From an uncultured Verrucomicrobiae bacterium (GTDB lineage Bacteria > Verrucomicrobiota > Verrucomicrobiia > Chthoniobacterales > Chthoniobacteraceae), in contig CAWIKF010000002.1 in assembly GCA_963836755.1 (NCBI GenBank), positions 1,376,001 through 1,440,000 of the forward strand: DNA of 64,000 bases. Reading direction: 5' to 3'. The notes under the pieces are model-generated. The model was not told where the DNA came from. It saw nothing but the letters and a program-made list of their open reading frames with translations, and searched no databases. The translations under genes and the position numbers were made by a program. Positions 1-9,757 of this stretch are shown here, one piece after another. Positions within the stretch are counted from its first letter, which is position 1; every line of letters starts with the position of its first letter.

Positions 1-1623
1 CAATTTAAGTTTGCCCCGAAATACGTGCCGCCGCCGGCACCTGCGGCTTCCCCTGCACCGAGCGCGAGCGCTGTCGCTGCGGCGAGCGCGGCGCCTGCGG
101 TCGCGAATCCCGCGCAGCCCGTTTCGGCGACTCCGTCCGTTCCGGAATCGCTGGAAAAAATCGCGAGCCCGACGGCGGAGTATTCCTTCACCAATCTCGG
201 CGGCGGCATCGCGCACGCTGAACTTTTAAAATATCCCGCGGAAAACGGGAACGTCTCAATGAACGAGTTTGGCAAAATTCCGATCGGCGCGTTGAGCGAG
301 CAGCCCGGAGAAGGAGCGACGGATGCGTGGCAAATCACGAGCCATCCTGGCGAAGTCGATTGCACGCGCACCGATAACAACGGCATTCAAATTGTTAAAC
401 GGTTCACGCTGCCTGCATCGGAGCCATATGCGCTCCATCTCGAGGTCACATTCATCAATCAAGGCTCAAAGCCGTGGCAATCGAATGGCTACTTTGTCTA
501 CACCGGATCTGCCGCGCCGATCCACCAGCGCGATCTGCCGACCTACACGGCGTTCGATTTTTCACGCAACGGAAAGCCGACCTTTATCGACGTGAATTGG
601 TTTTCCGCGGCGAAGATTCCTCTCGTCGGAATTGAGCGGCGACCGGAGCGGCCGACGTATCTCGAAAAGCTCGACGACATCGCGTGGGCGGGCGTTGCGA
701 GTCAATATTTCGCGACTATTGTCGCGCCGGAAATCACACGCGGCACACAAGTCTGGGCGCATCGTTTTTCAGTCGAGACCGAAACGCGCAATGTGCTCGG
801 CGTGGAAGGCGCCATCGGCCTTCCCGGCTTTTCGCTGCCGCCGGGCGGCACGCACAGCGAGCAGTTCCATCTCTACGCCGGACCGAAAATTTATAACGCG
901 CTCAAGAAGCTCGGGCACGGCGAGCAGGAGATCGTAAAATTCGGCACGTTCAAATGGGTGTCGCAGTTTTTGCTCAACTCGATGAACTGGCTGCACAGCG
1001 TTCTCGGCAGCTATGCGGCGGCCATCATTGTGTTAACGCTTTGCATCAAGACAACGCTCTGGCCTTTGCAGAATAAAGCGACGGCCTCGATGAAAAAAAT
1101 GCAGGCGCTGCAGCCGAAAATGACCGAGCTGCGCGAGAAGTATAAGGACGATCCGACGCGGATGAATGAGGAGCTGATGAAGCTCTACAAACAATATGGC
1201 GTCAACCCGTTCGGCGGCTGTCTGCCGATGTTTGTGCAAATCCCGATTTTCTTCGGCTTTTACGCGATGCTCGGGCAGGCGATCGAGCTGCGGAACAGCC
1301 ATTTCCTCTGGGTGCACGATCTTTCGCAGCCTGACACCGTCTTTCACTTCAACGGTTTCCCGGTGAACATTTTGCCGATGTGCATGGCGCTGACGATGCT
1401 GTGGCAAATGTCGCTCTCGCCGAAATCGGGCGACCAGATGCAGCAGCGGGTCTTCATGTTTGTGCCGTTGATCTTCATCGTCTTTTGCTATAATTACGCC
1501 TCAGCGCTGGCGCTTTACTGGACGGTGCAAAATTTGTTTTCGGTTGTGCAACTTTATGTCACCAGATCGAAAACCGCGCCGGCCTTGCAGAAAATCGCCG
1601 CGCCGCGCAAGAAAAAGCCATGA
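1..1623 (+). CDS. yidC: Membrane protein insertase YidC (5' end outside window)
   Basis: Frame open from base 1; YAGPK, GGCLPMFVQIPIFFGFY, FLWVHDLSQPD, ALALYW motifs. Confidence 0.95.
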   Translation, partial: QFKFAPKYVPPPAPAASPAPSASAVAAASAAPAVANPAQPVSATPSVPESLEKIASPTAEYSFTNLGGGIAHAELLKYPAENGNVSMNEFGKIPIGALSEQPGEGATDAWQITSHPGEVDCTRTDNNGIQIVKRFTLPASEPYALHLEVTFINQGSKPWQSNGYFVYTGSAAPIHQRDLPTYTAFDFSRNGKPTFIDVNWFSAAKIPLVGIERRPERPTYLEKLDDIAWAGVASQYFATIVAPEITRGTQVWAHRFSVETETRNVLGVEGAIGLPGFSLPPGGTHSEQFHLYAGPKIYNALKKLGHGEQEIVKFGTFKWVSQFLLNSMNWLHSVLGSYAAAIIVLTLCIKTTLWPLQNKATASMKKMQALQPKMTELREKYKDDPTRMNEELMKLYKQYGVNPFGGCLPMFVQIPIFFGFYAMLGQAIELRNSHFLWVHDLSQPDTVFHFNGFPVNILPMCMALTMLWQMSLSPKSGDQMQQRVFMFVPLIFIVFCYNYASALALYWTVQNLFSVVQLYVTRSKTAPALQKIAAPRKKKP

Positions 1624-2078
1624 GCCAGAATGCCAAAGAAATTCTCGACACAATGCTCGGCTATCTCGGCTTCATCTGCGAGATCAAGGAGTTCGAGCAC
1701 GACGGCCTTTTGACGCTGCAAGTTTACACGCCGGAGCGCGACCGATTGATCGGCCATCACGGCGAGACGATGGAGGACATCCAATTTTTGCTGAATCGCG
1801 TGCTGCAATCGCAGGACAAAAATGCCGCGCGCGTGCAGGTGGACGTCGAACATTATCGCGAGATGCGCGAAGACGGCCTCGTGCAAAAGGCGAAGCAGCT
1901 CGCGGAAATCGTCCGCAAAACCGGCCGCTCGTTTCACCTCGACCCGATGAACGCGTATGACCGGCGCATCATCCACAACGCGTTCAAGGACGACCCCGAG
2001 GTGATGACGTGGAGCCCGCCGGACGATGCGCGCGTGAAGCGCATCACGCTCAAGCGACGCGCGGCGCAAGCCAGTTGA
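1620..2078 (+). CDS. Jag/KhpB-like KH + R3H RNA-binding protein
   Basis: LIGHHGET (KH), MNAYDRRIIH (R3H); directly downstream of yidC. Confidence 0.88.
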   Translation: MSQNAKEILDTMLGYLGFICEIKEFEHDGLLTLQVYTPERDRLIGHHGETMEDIQFLLNRVLQSQDKNAARVQVDVEHYREMREDGLVQKAKQLAEIVRKTGRSFHLDPMNAYDRRIIHNAFKDDPEVMTWSPPDDARVKRITLKRRAAQAS

Positions 2079-2179
2079 TCTAAAAGTCAACGCGGTTTTT
2101 AAAAAAGCTGTTTGACAGGCAGCAAAGTCCATTCCACTATCCCCCTCCATTTTTCCCAAGCCGTTTTTCCGACTCCATT

Positions 2180-2401
2180 ATGACCAGCCAACTCCTCGAT
2201 GATGCCGCCAAAGTGATCACCAGTCCGCAAGTGCTGATCAATGTAGTCTCCCGCCGCGTCCGCCAGCTCAGTCAGGGACATCGTCCGTTGATCCAGCCCG
2301 AGCCGCGTATGGGCTTGTCCGACATCGCGCTGCAGGAAATCATCGATGGCAAGCTGACATTCGAGGCCGCGCCTGCCGCCGAGACTGTCAACGGCAGCTA
2401 G
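2180..2401 (+). CDS. rpoZ: RNA polymerase omega subunit
   Basis: LINVVSRRVRQL...IALQEIIDGKL pattern, 73 aa. Confidence 0.85.
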   Translation: MTSQLLDDAAKVITSPQVLINVVSRRVRQLSQGHRPLIQPEPRMGLSDIALQEIIDGKLTFEAAPAAETVNGS

Positions 2402-2410
2402 CCAGTCGCC

Positions 2411-2869
2411 GTGGCCGAGATTGCCACCAATCGCAAGGCGTTTCACGATTACGAGATCCTCGAGCGATTCGAGGCCGGCGTGGAATTAAAAGGCACCGAG
2501 GTCAAATCGATCCGCGCCGGTTTTGCGAGCCTCACCAACGCATTTGCCCGCATCGAAAACGCGCAGGCATTTCTCTACGGCTGCGACATCCAGCCCTACG
2601 AGCGCGCGAGCTTCGAGCAGCACGAACCGAAGCGCAGCAGGCGACTTTTGCTGCACAAAAGCGAAATCGAAAAACTCTTCGGACTGTCGTCCGTCAAAGG
2701 CCACACCATCGTCGCACTGCGGATGTATTGGAAAAGTGGGCGCGTCAAAGTTGAGCTCGGCGTCGGCAAGGGCAAGGAAGCGCGCGACAAGCGCGACGAC
2801 CTGAAATTGCGCGCCGAAAAGCGCGAAGCGGACCGCGAGGTATCTCGCTTCAACCGCAAGCACCTCTGA
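2411..2869 (+). CDS. smpB: SsrA-binding protein
   Basis: NRKAFHDYEILERFEAGVELKGTEVKSIR; RRLLLHKSEI. Confidence 0.97.
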   Translation: MAEIATNRKAFHDYEILERFEAGVELKGTEVKSIRAGFASLTNAFARIENAQAFLYGCDIQPYERASFEQHEPKRSRRLLLHKSEIEKLFGLSSVKGHTIVALRMYWKSGRVKVELGVGKGKEARDKRDDLKLRAEKREADREVSRFNRKHL

Positions 2870-2884
2870 AAAAAGTGCGCGATT

Positions 2885-3070
2885 CTACGGGTTCGTCGGC
2901 GGCGGCGTCGGGTCCGGTTTCTTTTCACGGCGCGTGGCGGGATCGTTGATCTTCCGCGCGTTCCGGAAATCCTCGTAAAACTCCGGCTGCGTATCCGCAA
3001 ACTGGCGCATCAATTTATCGAGGATCAAATCGAGCACGCTATCGCCCAGAGCGAACTGCGCCGCGATCAT
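2885..3070 (-). pseudogene. Probable C-terminal remnant of a hypothetical protein
   Basis: 61-aa ORF with protein-like LDKLMRQF-PEFYEDFRNARKIND and Pro-rich tail, no convincing N-terminus. Confidence 0.4.
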
Positions 3071-3152
3071 AGATGGGCTGCTAGGCGGTGCGAACGGGGG
3101 GGCTGGCCTCTGCAGAGGGTCGGCGCGGGGCGGGGATGGACGACGCGGGACG

Positions 3153-4202
3153 TCAGAGTAACGGCTCGGTGGTGGCGAGGGCGTTGAGGTAGACGAGGTG
3201 CTTTCCGCCGCGCATCAGCTCTTCGTCGAGCAGGGTGATGAGGTCATTCTTTCCCGCAGGGACGAGGTGTTGATGACTCCGCCCGCCGGCGTTGACTTCC
3301 GCGTGGAAGAATTCCGAGGTGCCGTCGTGCTCGATGCGAAAGGTGGCGGTGTCGGCCTCCATGAGGCATTGGCCGATGGGCGCTCCCTCGGCTTCACGGA
3401 CGTCGATTTCGATGTTGCGGTGATCGTGCTGGAGTAAAAATCCGGTGTCGCGTTTTTCCACGAGCGTCCAGCGCAACTGCGACATGAGCCAGCCGATGAG
3501 CAGCAGGGCGGTGGTGCGATGGCGCGGCGCATGGCTGATCTGCACGCGGGTGATTTTTTGCAGCGCGGCGAGGTTTGCCGGCGGGTCGAAGAGTTGCGCG
3601 AGCACCCAGCGCAGATGCAGGAGGCGCGTCCAGTTGAGATCGCAGAGGGTGAGGCGCGGCTTGATCTCGGCGAGGGAGCGGCGGAGTCGCGAGAATTGCG
3701 CCTGCGGGTCTTTCCATTTTTGACTGTCGAAGATGAGGCGGTCGGCCCACGTCCAGAGCTGCGCGTCGAGTTTTTGTGAAAAATCTCCGCGCCACCACAA
3801 GTAGAGCGGTAGGTCGGAATCGAGATGCGAGAAGACGATGTTCGGGATCATGCCGGCGAGGTTTCCCTCGAGCAGAAAGGTGATTTGCTCGCAGCAAACT
3901 TGTTTCGCGCCGGCGCCGCTGATGTGGCAGTGCGCGCTGATCCAGGCTTGCACGCGGTTCACGGGCGCGGCGGCCTCGATGGCGATGAGGATGGCGCGGC
4001 AGGCGTGGTCGCGGGTGAACTCGGCGATGAGATCGGTATTCTCGGCGAGGTGCTTCGCCTTTTCGCAATAGATGGCGAAGTTGATGAGCGAGGCGCGCGT
4101 GGCGGCGCCGCCATCGGCTTCCCAAAGTTTTTTTAGCTCGCGATCAATTTTGCCGACTTCCACCGGCATGCCCGGGCCGAGGTTGGCGATGGTTTCAGGC
4201 AT
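3153..4202 (-). CDS. opcA: Glucose-6-phosphate dehydrogenase assembly protein OpcA
   Basis: TRASLINF, CCEQITF, DLPLYLWW, DLNWTRL; follows zwf. Confidence 0.9.
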   Translation of the reverse strand: MPETIANLGPGMPVEVGKIDRELKKLWEADGGAATRASLINFAIYCEKAKHLAENTDLIAEFTRDHACRAILIAIEAAAPVNRVQAWISAHCHISGAGAKQVCCEQITFLLEGNLAGMIPNIVFSHLDSDLPLYLWWRGDFSQKLDAQLWTWADRLIFDSQKWKDPQAQFSRLRRSLAEIKPRLTLCDLNWTRLLHLRWVLAQLFDPPANLAALQKITRVQISHAPRHRTTALLLIGWLMSQLRWTLVEKRDTGFLLQHDHRNIEIDVREAEGAPIGQCLMEADTATFRIEHDGTSEFFHAEVNAGGRSHQHLVPAGKNDLITLLDEELMRGGKHLVYLNALATTEPLL

Positions 4203-4204
4203 GG

Positions 4205-5755
4205 CTAGAGGCGCCGCCATTTGCGGTCATCGCGCTCGAGCAGCTCGTCCGCTTCCTTCGGTCCCCACGAGCCGGCGGGATATTCGCAGAGCTGCGGCGG
4301 CGGCTCGCTTTTGTGCCACGCATCCTCGATGGCATCGATGAACTTCCACGCCTGCTCGACTTCATCGCGCCGCGCGAAGAGCGTGGCGTCGCCGCTCATC
4401 GCGTCCAAAAGCAGGCGCTCGTAGGCTTCGGGGCTGGCTTTGCCGAAGCTGGTGCCGTAATGGAAATCCATCTTCACCGGCTCTACGCGCAAGGCCGCGC
4501 CGGGAATTTTTGCCTGCATGCGCAGCGAGATTCCTTCGTCGGGTTGGATGCGGATGACCAAAACATTGTTGCCACGGTCCGTGGACGCTTTGTTAAACAA
4601 GACGGGAGGCGCGCTGGTGAATGTCACGGCGATTTCGGTGCCGCTCTTCGGCAGCCGCTTGCCGACTCGCACGTAAAATGGAATGCCGGCCCAGCGCCAG
4701 TTATCAACGTTCACTTTTAACGCGACGTAAGTCTCGGTCATCGATTCCGGATTCACCCGATCCTCCTCGCGATACGATTTCGCGGCGACGCCGTTGACGG
4801 TGCCGGCGGCGTATTGGCCGCGGACGACATTTTGTGCGACATCCTCCGGCGATAGCGGGCGCAGCGAACGAAGCACTTTTACTTTTTCATCGCGCACGCT
4901 GTCGGGCGAAAGATCGGTCGGCGGCTCCATCGCCACGAGGCAAAGCAATTGGAGCAAATGATTTTGCACCATGTCGCGCAGCGCGCCGGAGCTGTCGTAG
5001 TAAGGCCCGCGGCCTTCCACGCCGAGCGTCTCGCTCGCGGTGATCTGCACGGAATCGATGTAGCGATGGTTCCAAAGCGGCTCGAAAATCGCGTTCGCGA
5101 AACGGAGCACCATGATGTTTTGCGCAGTTTCCTTGCCGAGGAAATGGTCGATGCGAAACGTGTCGCGCTCGGAAAAAGTTTCGCTGACGATGCGGTTCAG
5201 CTCCTGCGCGCTCGGCAGATCGGTGCCGAAAGGTTTCTCAACGATCACGCGCGTCCAGCCGCCTTCGATCGTCTGGTTCAGGTTGAACTTTTTCAGCTTT
5301 TCCAGAATGCCCTCGAACTCCGAGGGCGCGACGGAAAGGTAAAACAAACGATTGCCGCGCGTGCCGCGCTCGGTGTCGATTTGCTGAAGCCGCTGGGCCA
5401 GCCGCTCGTAGCCGTCGTCGTCGCCGAACTCGCTGCGATGGTAAAAAATACGCTCGGCAAAACTTTTCCAAAGCTCGTCCTGAACGGTTTGGCGCGAAAA
5501 CTTTTTCGTCGCTTCCTTGAGCTCGTCGCGAAATTGCTCGTCGGTTTTGTCGCGCCGCGCGAAGCCCACGACGCTGAGCGCGGAGGGCAAATCGCCATCG
5601 GCCGCGATGTTGTAAAGCGCCGGGATGAGCTTCCGATGCGTGAGGTCGCCGGTGGCGCCGAAGATGACGACGGTGCATGGCTGCGGCATCGGCCGGCTCG
5701 CGAGACCCTCGCGCAGCGGATTGTTCAGCGGTTTTTCGGTTTGTGGCGAGGTCAC
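4205..5755 (-). CDS. zwf: Glucose-6-phosphate 1-dehydrogenase
   Basis: GATGDL, EKPFG, RIDHFLGKE, RDMVQNHL; GTG start inferred. Confidence 0.97.
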   Translation of the reverse strand: MTSPQTEKPLNNPLREGLASRPMPQPCTVVIFGATGDLTHRKLIPALYNIAADGDLPSALSVVGFARRDKTDEQFRDELKEATKKFSRQTVQDELWKSFAERIFYHRSEFGDDDGYERLAQRLQQIDTERGTRGNRLFYLSVAPSEFEGILEKLKKFNLNQTIEGGWTRVIVEKPFGTDLPSAQELNRIVSETFSERDTFRIDHFLGKETAQNIMVLRFANAIFEPLWNHRYIDSVQITASETLGVEGRGPYYDSSGALRDMVQNHLLQLLCLVAMEPPTDLSPDSVRDEKVKVLRSLRPLSPEDVAQNVVRGQYAAGTVNGVAAKSYREEDRVNPESMTETYVALKVNVDNWRWAGIPFYVRVGKRLPKSGTEIAVTFTSAPPVLFNKASTDRGNNVLVIRIQPDEGISLRMQAKIPGAALRVEPVKMDFHYGTSFGKASPEAYERLLLDAMSGDATLFARRDEVEQAWKFIDAIEDAWHKSEPPPQLCEYPAGSWGPKEADELLERDDRKWRRL

Positions 5756-5847
5756 GGCGAGGCGGTGAACGTGGGAAAAATCGGGCCCGATTTCAATCAA
5801 CAAATTTCAATGCGGCACTGGCGTCAAATCTGCTCCCTTTCATCGCG

Positions 5848-6897
5848 ATGCATTCTGCTTTTCGACTTCCCCAGCTCCCGCCGCGCCTCGCGTTTCTCAT
5901 TTCCATGCTGCTGATGTGCACGATCGGATGGATCGATTACCGCACCGGTTACGGGATAAGCATGTTTCTCTTTTACGGCGGCCCGATCATGCTGACGGTC
6001 TGGTATTGCGACCGGAGTTCAGCAGTGCTGATGGCCTTGCTGAGCGCGATCGTCTGGTGGTGGGCGGACTGGCAGACGGGGCATCCTTACATTTCCGACT
6101 GGCTGCAAGCTTATGAAACCTGCATGCGGCTCTGTTTCTTTCTGTCCGTCGTCATGGGCGGCTCGGCGATGAAAACGAAGAATGACGCCGTCGAGGCGCA
6201 GTTGGAAACGGTGAACAGGCTGCGCCAGCTCGAGCGTGAAATCGTGGCGGCGAGTGAGGTCGAGCAGCAGCGGATTGGCTGCGATTTGCATGACGGGCTT
6301 TGCCAATTTCTCGCCGGCATCGGCTGCGCGGCGACTTCGCTCAAGGATGATTTGCAAAGTCACTTTGCCTCCGAAGCCGAAGCGGCGGCCGAGATCGAGG
6401 AACTGCTTCGCGATGCCGTCATGCAGGCGCGCAACGTCGCACGCGGTCTCGCGCCCGTGCATGTGGATGAGGCGGGGCTTGTGGCGGCGATCGAGGAATT
6501 GGCCGCAAATACTTCGCGGATGATGAGCATCGATTGTGAATTTCACGGAGATGACGCTTTTCCCGAGCCGACGCGGGAAGTCGCGACGCACCTGTATCGC
6601 ATCGCGCAGGAAGCGTTGAACAATGCTGTGAAACACGCGCACGCGACGGAGATCAATATTTCGCTCAAGTTTGCGGAAAATCTTGAGCTGTCGATCGAAG
6701 ACAATGGCGTCGGGCTGCCGGCCGATGCCGAGCATTCCGGCGGCATGGGTTTGAAAACGATGAACTATCGCGCTCGCTCTATCGGCGGCGAACTTCACGT
6801 GCAAAGCGAGCTGGAAAAAGGAACCGCCGTGACTTGCATCGTGCCGGCTGACGCGGTTATCAATCCTTCAGAAACGCATGTCCTCTTCGGCTCATAA
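5848..6897 (+). CDS. Membrane sensor histidine kinase (HisKA_3 type)
   Basis: TM segments, EQQRIGCDLHDGL, RIAQEALNNAVKH, DNGVG, GMGL. Confidence 0.92.
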   Translation: MHSAFRLPQLPPRLAFLISMLLMCTIGWIDYRTGYGISMFLFYGGPIMLTVWYCDRSSAVLMALLSAIVWWWADWQTGHPYISDWLQAYETCMRLCFFLSVVMGGSAMKTKNDAVEAQLETVNRLRQLEREIVAASEVEQQRIGCDLHDGLCQFLAGIGCAATSLKDDLQSHFASEAEAAAEIEELLRDAVMQARNVARGLAPVHVDEAGLVAAIEELAANTSRMMSIDCEFHGDDAFPEPTREVATHLYRIAQEALNNAVKHAHATEINISLKFAENLELSIEDNGVGLPADAEHSGGMGLKTMNYRARSIGGELHVQSELEKGTAVTCIVPADAVINPSETHVLFGS

Positions 6898-7552
6898 AAA
6901 GACGCGCGTCCTGCTCGTGGAGGATCATCCGATGTTCCGCGAGCGTCTCGCGCATTTGATCAACAAGGACGCCTTTCTCGAAGTCTGCGGCGAAGCGGAC
7001 AACATCCGCCAGGCGCACGCGCTCATCTTGGAAAAAACGCCTGACATCGCGGTGGTTGACATCACTTTACGCGGCTCGAGCGGACTCGAGCTGATCAAGG
7101 ATTTGAAAGCACAGGGGAGTGAATTGCCCGTGCTCGTCCTCTCAATGCACGACGAAACTCTCTACGCCGAACGCGTGCTGCGGGCCGGCGCGCGCGGCTA
7201 CATCACGAAGCATGAAGCCTCTGCGGAAGTGATGGCGGCGATCCATCAGGTGATGAGCGGCGAGGTTTATCTCAGCCAGCAGATGACGGCGAAAATGTTG
7301 AAAAAACTTTCCGGCGGCGCATCGGCGTCGAAAGAAAAAGGCGGCATGAGTTTGCTGACCGATCGCGAGCTGGAAGTTTTTCAACTGATCGGCGCCGGCC
7401 GCACCGCGCGCGAAATTTCCGAGGCACTCAATGTCGGCGCGACCACGGTCGATACCTACCGAGCTCGCATCAAGGATAAGCTGGGCCTGCACAGCGGTGC
7501 GGAATTGCACACGCGCGCGGCGCAATGGGTCGTGCAGCAGGCCGCCGCGTAA
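6878..7552 (+). CDS. NarL/LuxR-family response regulator
   Basis: Receiver (VEDHP, VVDI) plus LTDRELEVFQLIG HTH. Confidence 0.95.
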   Translation: MSSSAHKKTRVLLVEDHPMFRERLAHLINKDAFLEVCGEADNIRQAHALILEKTPDIAVVDITLRGSSGLELIKDLKAQGSELPVLVLSMHDETLYAERVLRAGARGYITKHEASAEVMAAIHQVMSGEVYLSQQMTAKMLKKLSGGASASKEKGGMSLLTDRELEVFQLIGAGRTAREISEALNVGATTVDTYRARIKDKLGLHSGAELHTRAAQWVVQQAAA

Positions 7553-7561
7553 GTTCGGTTT

Positions 7562-7579
7562 TGTAGTGGTTTCCGCTAC
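7562..7579. promoter_or_regulatory. Imperfect palindrome upstream of pilin 1, shared with pilin 2
   Basis: tgtagtggtttccgctac; 14/18 identical to 13415-13432. Confidence 0.5.
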
Positions 7580-7641
7580 GCGTCAAAACTGCCCGCGTTT
7601 GATGGCATGGGCGCGGTGCCTGCTAAATAGAGAAGCCGAAT

Positions 7642-8037
7642 ATGAAAAACCTTCTTACTTCAAAACGGGGCTTCACGCTCGTGGAAATCATGATTGTCGT
7701 GGCCATCATTGCACTCCTTGCATCCATCGCCGTGCCAAATTTCCTGCGCGCCCGAAAGCGATCCCAAGCCACGCGCGTGCTCGAAGATTTGCGCCTGCTC
7801 GACAGCTCCATCGATCAATATGCCATCGAGACCAACAAGCTCTCCGGCATGCATCCGGTCTTTGCTGATCTCAAAAACTACATTAAGGCAGGCACGGCGC
7901 TTTACACCACCGGCACCGACATGTTCGGCAACAGCTATGGAACCTTCACGGTGGACAGCCAACCGAAAGTGCCGACCAGCACCTTCAACAATCTTTCCGA
8001 CGTCGCGCCAGCTGCTTTCTGGTCGCCCTACAATTAA
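7642..8037 (+). CDS. Type IV pilin-like protein (copy 1)
   Basis: KRG-FTLVEIMIVVAIIALLASIAVP class III signal. Confidence 0.9.
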   Translation: MKNLLTSKRGFTLVEIMIVVAIIALLASIAVPNFLRARKRSQATRVLEDLRLLDSSIDQYAIETNKLSGMHPVFADLKNYIKAGTALYTTGTDMFGNSYGTFTVDSQPKVPTSTFNNLSDVAPAAFWSPYN

Positions 8038-8058
8038 ACAAAGCCGAGGTTGCCACAC

Positions 8059-8097
8059 GCCGCCGGTCGTCATCGACGCACCGGCGGCTTTTTTTTT
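8059..8097 (+). terminator. Intrinsic terminator
   Basis: gccgccggt...accggcggc stem then T9. Confidence 0.8.
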
Positions 8098-9058
8098 ACG
8101 CTGAAAACGCGTGGAGAAATGCGACCTCGATCGCGAGGTCTTCCTTGATATTGCGACCGAGATTTTCGCGCAGCGTTTCGAGGTGCGCGATCCGCTCCAG
8201 CACTTGCTGCGTCGAAAGTTGCGACGCGAGCCTCGCCGTCTCCGCAGCATTCCCGGGAAGATCCAGCGCGTCAAAGTTCTGCTGCTGCCGGAGCACATCC
8301 GCCCACCATTGCAGCAAAATATCGATGAGCCGCAGCCGCTGATGCACGTAGCGAGATTCCGTCAGCGCCTTGTAAAAATCTTCGCGGTCGTCCAGCCAAT
8401 CGCTTTCTGTCGTCTGCCGATAAGCCGATTCCTCTTTTTTTAAGTCGGCCGCGCTGTCATCGGAAATCTGTTTGCGGATTTGCTGCAGCAGCACCGTAAA
8501 CTTTCGCACCAGCCCATAAACTGCGGCGACGCCGCGATGCTCGCCGCGAAAAAATTCGCACAGCGTTTCAAGCAACTGCGCCTGTTCGGGTGAAAGTTCC
8601 GCTTTGCCCGCGCGGCGCAACTGCACACCGATGCAGCGTGAAAGAATTGTGTCCGGCAGCGCCTCGGGCTGATCGCTCGTCAGCAAAAGCAGCGAATTGT
8701 CTGGCGGCTCCTCCAGCGTCTTTAGAAACGCGTTTGACGCGTGCGGTTGCAGTCGGTCTGCATCGAAAATCACCGCAACTTTTTTCCCCCGGCTGGCCGC
8801 GCGCATGCGCAGCGCTCGCTCGAGCGCGCGCATCTGGTCGACCACGATCCGGCGCGACTTTGATTCCGGTTCCGCCACGTGCACATCCGGATGGGTGAGC
8901 GGATTTCCCTCCGCGCCAGTCACGAGGCCCGAAAGCGCAGATGCTAGCGCGCGCTTTCCGCTGCCGGCCGCGCCGCTGATCAAGTAAGCATGTCCGAGCC
9001 GTTGCTGGAGATGCGCGCGACGCAGGAAATCGAATGCTGTTTGCTGGTCGAAAGGCAT
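8096..9058 (-). CDS. holB: DNA polymerase III delta-prime subunit
   Basis: HAYLISG, HPDVH, SNAFLKTLEEPP, TILSRC; follows tmk. Confidence 0.93.
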   Translation of the reverse strand: MPFDQQTAFDFLRRAHLQQRLGHAYLISGAAGSGKRALASALSGLVTGAEGNPLTHPDVHVAEPESKSRRIVVDQMRALERALRMRAASRGKKVAVIFDADRLQPHASNAFLKTLEEPPDNSLLLLTSDQPEALPDTILSRCIGVQLRRAGKAELSPEQAQLLETLCEFFRGEHRGVAAVYGLVRKFTVLLQQIRKQISDDSAADLKKEESAYRQTTESDWLDDREDFYKALTESRYVHQRLRLIDILLQWWADVLRQQQNFDALDLPGNAAETARLASQLSTQQVLERIAHLETLRENLGRNIKEDLAIEVAFLHAFSA

Positions 9059-9061
9059 TGT

Positions 9062-9709
9062 TTAAACGCCAAGACGTGTGAATAATTCCCGCCAAATCGC
9101 TTCCTCGATCTCGTCCGCTCGCAGCGCCCCGTCGAGCACGCGGACGCGCGCAGAGTCGCGTTGCGCCAACTCGAGATAGCCTCGGCGAACGGCTTCGTAA
9201 AACTCGATCGGCTGCTGCTCCATCCGATCTTCCGACTCTCCGGCTGCGTGATAGCGGCAAAGCATTCGTTCGCGCGCGAGTTTTGAATCGAGGTCGAGGA
9301 GAAAAGTAACGTCCGGCCGGCAATCGCCGACGGCAAAATCATTGATGAATTTCACGGCCTTCGCATTGATGCGGCGCGCAACACCTTGATAAACGGTCGT
9401 TGAATCCCAGAAACGATCGGCAATCACCACCGAACCTTGCTCCAAAGCCGGCGCGATGACTTCGCGGACGAGCTGCGCGCGGCTCGCGGTGAAAAGGAGC
9501 AGCTCGGCCTCGGGCGTCATCGCGCGACCGATTTTTGAGAACTGCAAAAGATGACGGATCTCCTCGCCGATGGCCGTGCCGCCTGGCTCGCGGGTCAAAA
9601 CGCAGGCGCGTGAGCTTTTTTCCAACCGCGCGGCGAGACGGCGGATTTGTGTCGATTTTCCGCATCCCTCGGAACCTTCAAACGTGATGAAAAAGCCGCG
9701 CGACTGCAT
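9062..9709 (-). CDS. tmk: Thymidylate kinase
   Basis: FITFEGSEGCGKST, REPGGT, DRFWDSTTVYQG. Confidence 0.96.
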   Translation of the reverse strand: MQSRGFFITFEGSEGCGKSTQIRRLAARLEKSSRACVLTREPGGTAIGEEIRHLLQFSKIGRAMTPEAELLLFTASRAQLVREVIAPALEQGSVVIADRFWDSTTVYQGVARRINAKAVKFINDFAVGDCRPDVTFLLDLDSKLARERMLCRYHAAGESEDRMEQQPIEFYEAVRRGYLELAQRDSARVRVLDGALRADEIEEAIWRELFTRLGV

Positions 9710-9757
9710 GCAAGTGCGCGATGAAAAACCAGCACGCACGCGATGTCGAGGCCGCGC

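Noticed and set aside
2870..3150. tmRNA next to smpB
   Set aside because: No tRNA-Ala-like ends or tag reading frame seen
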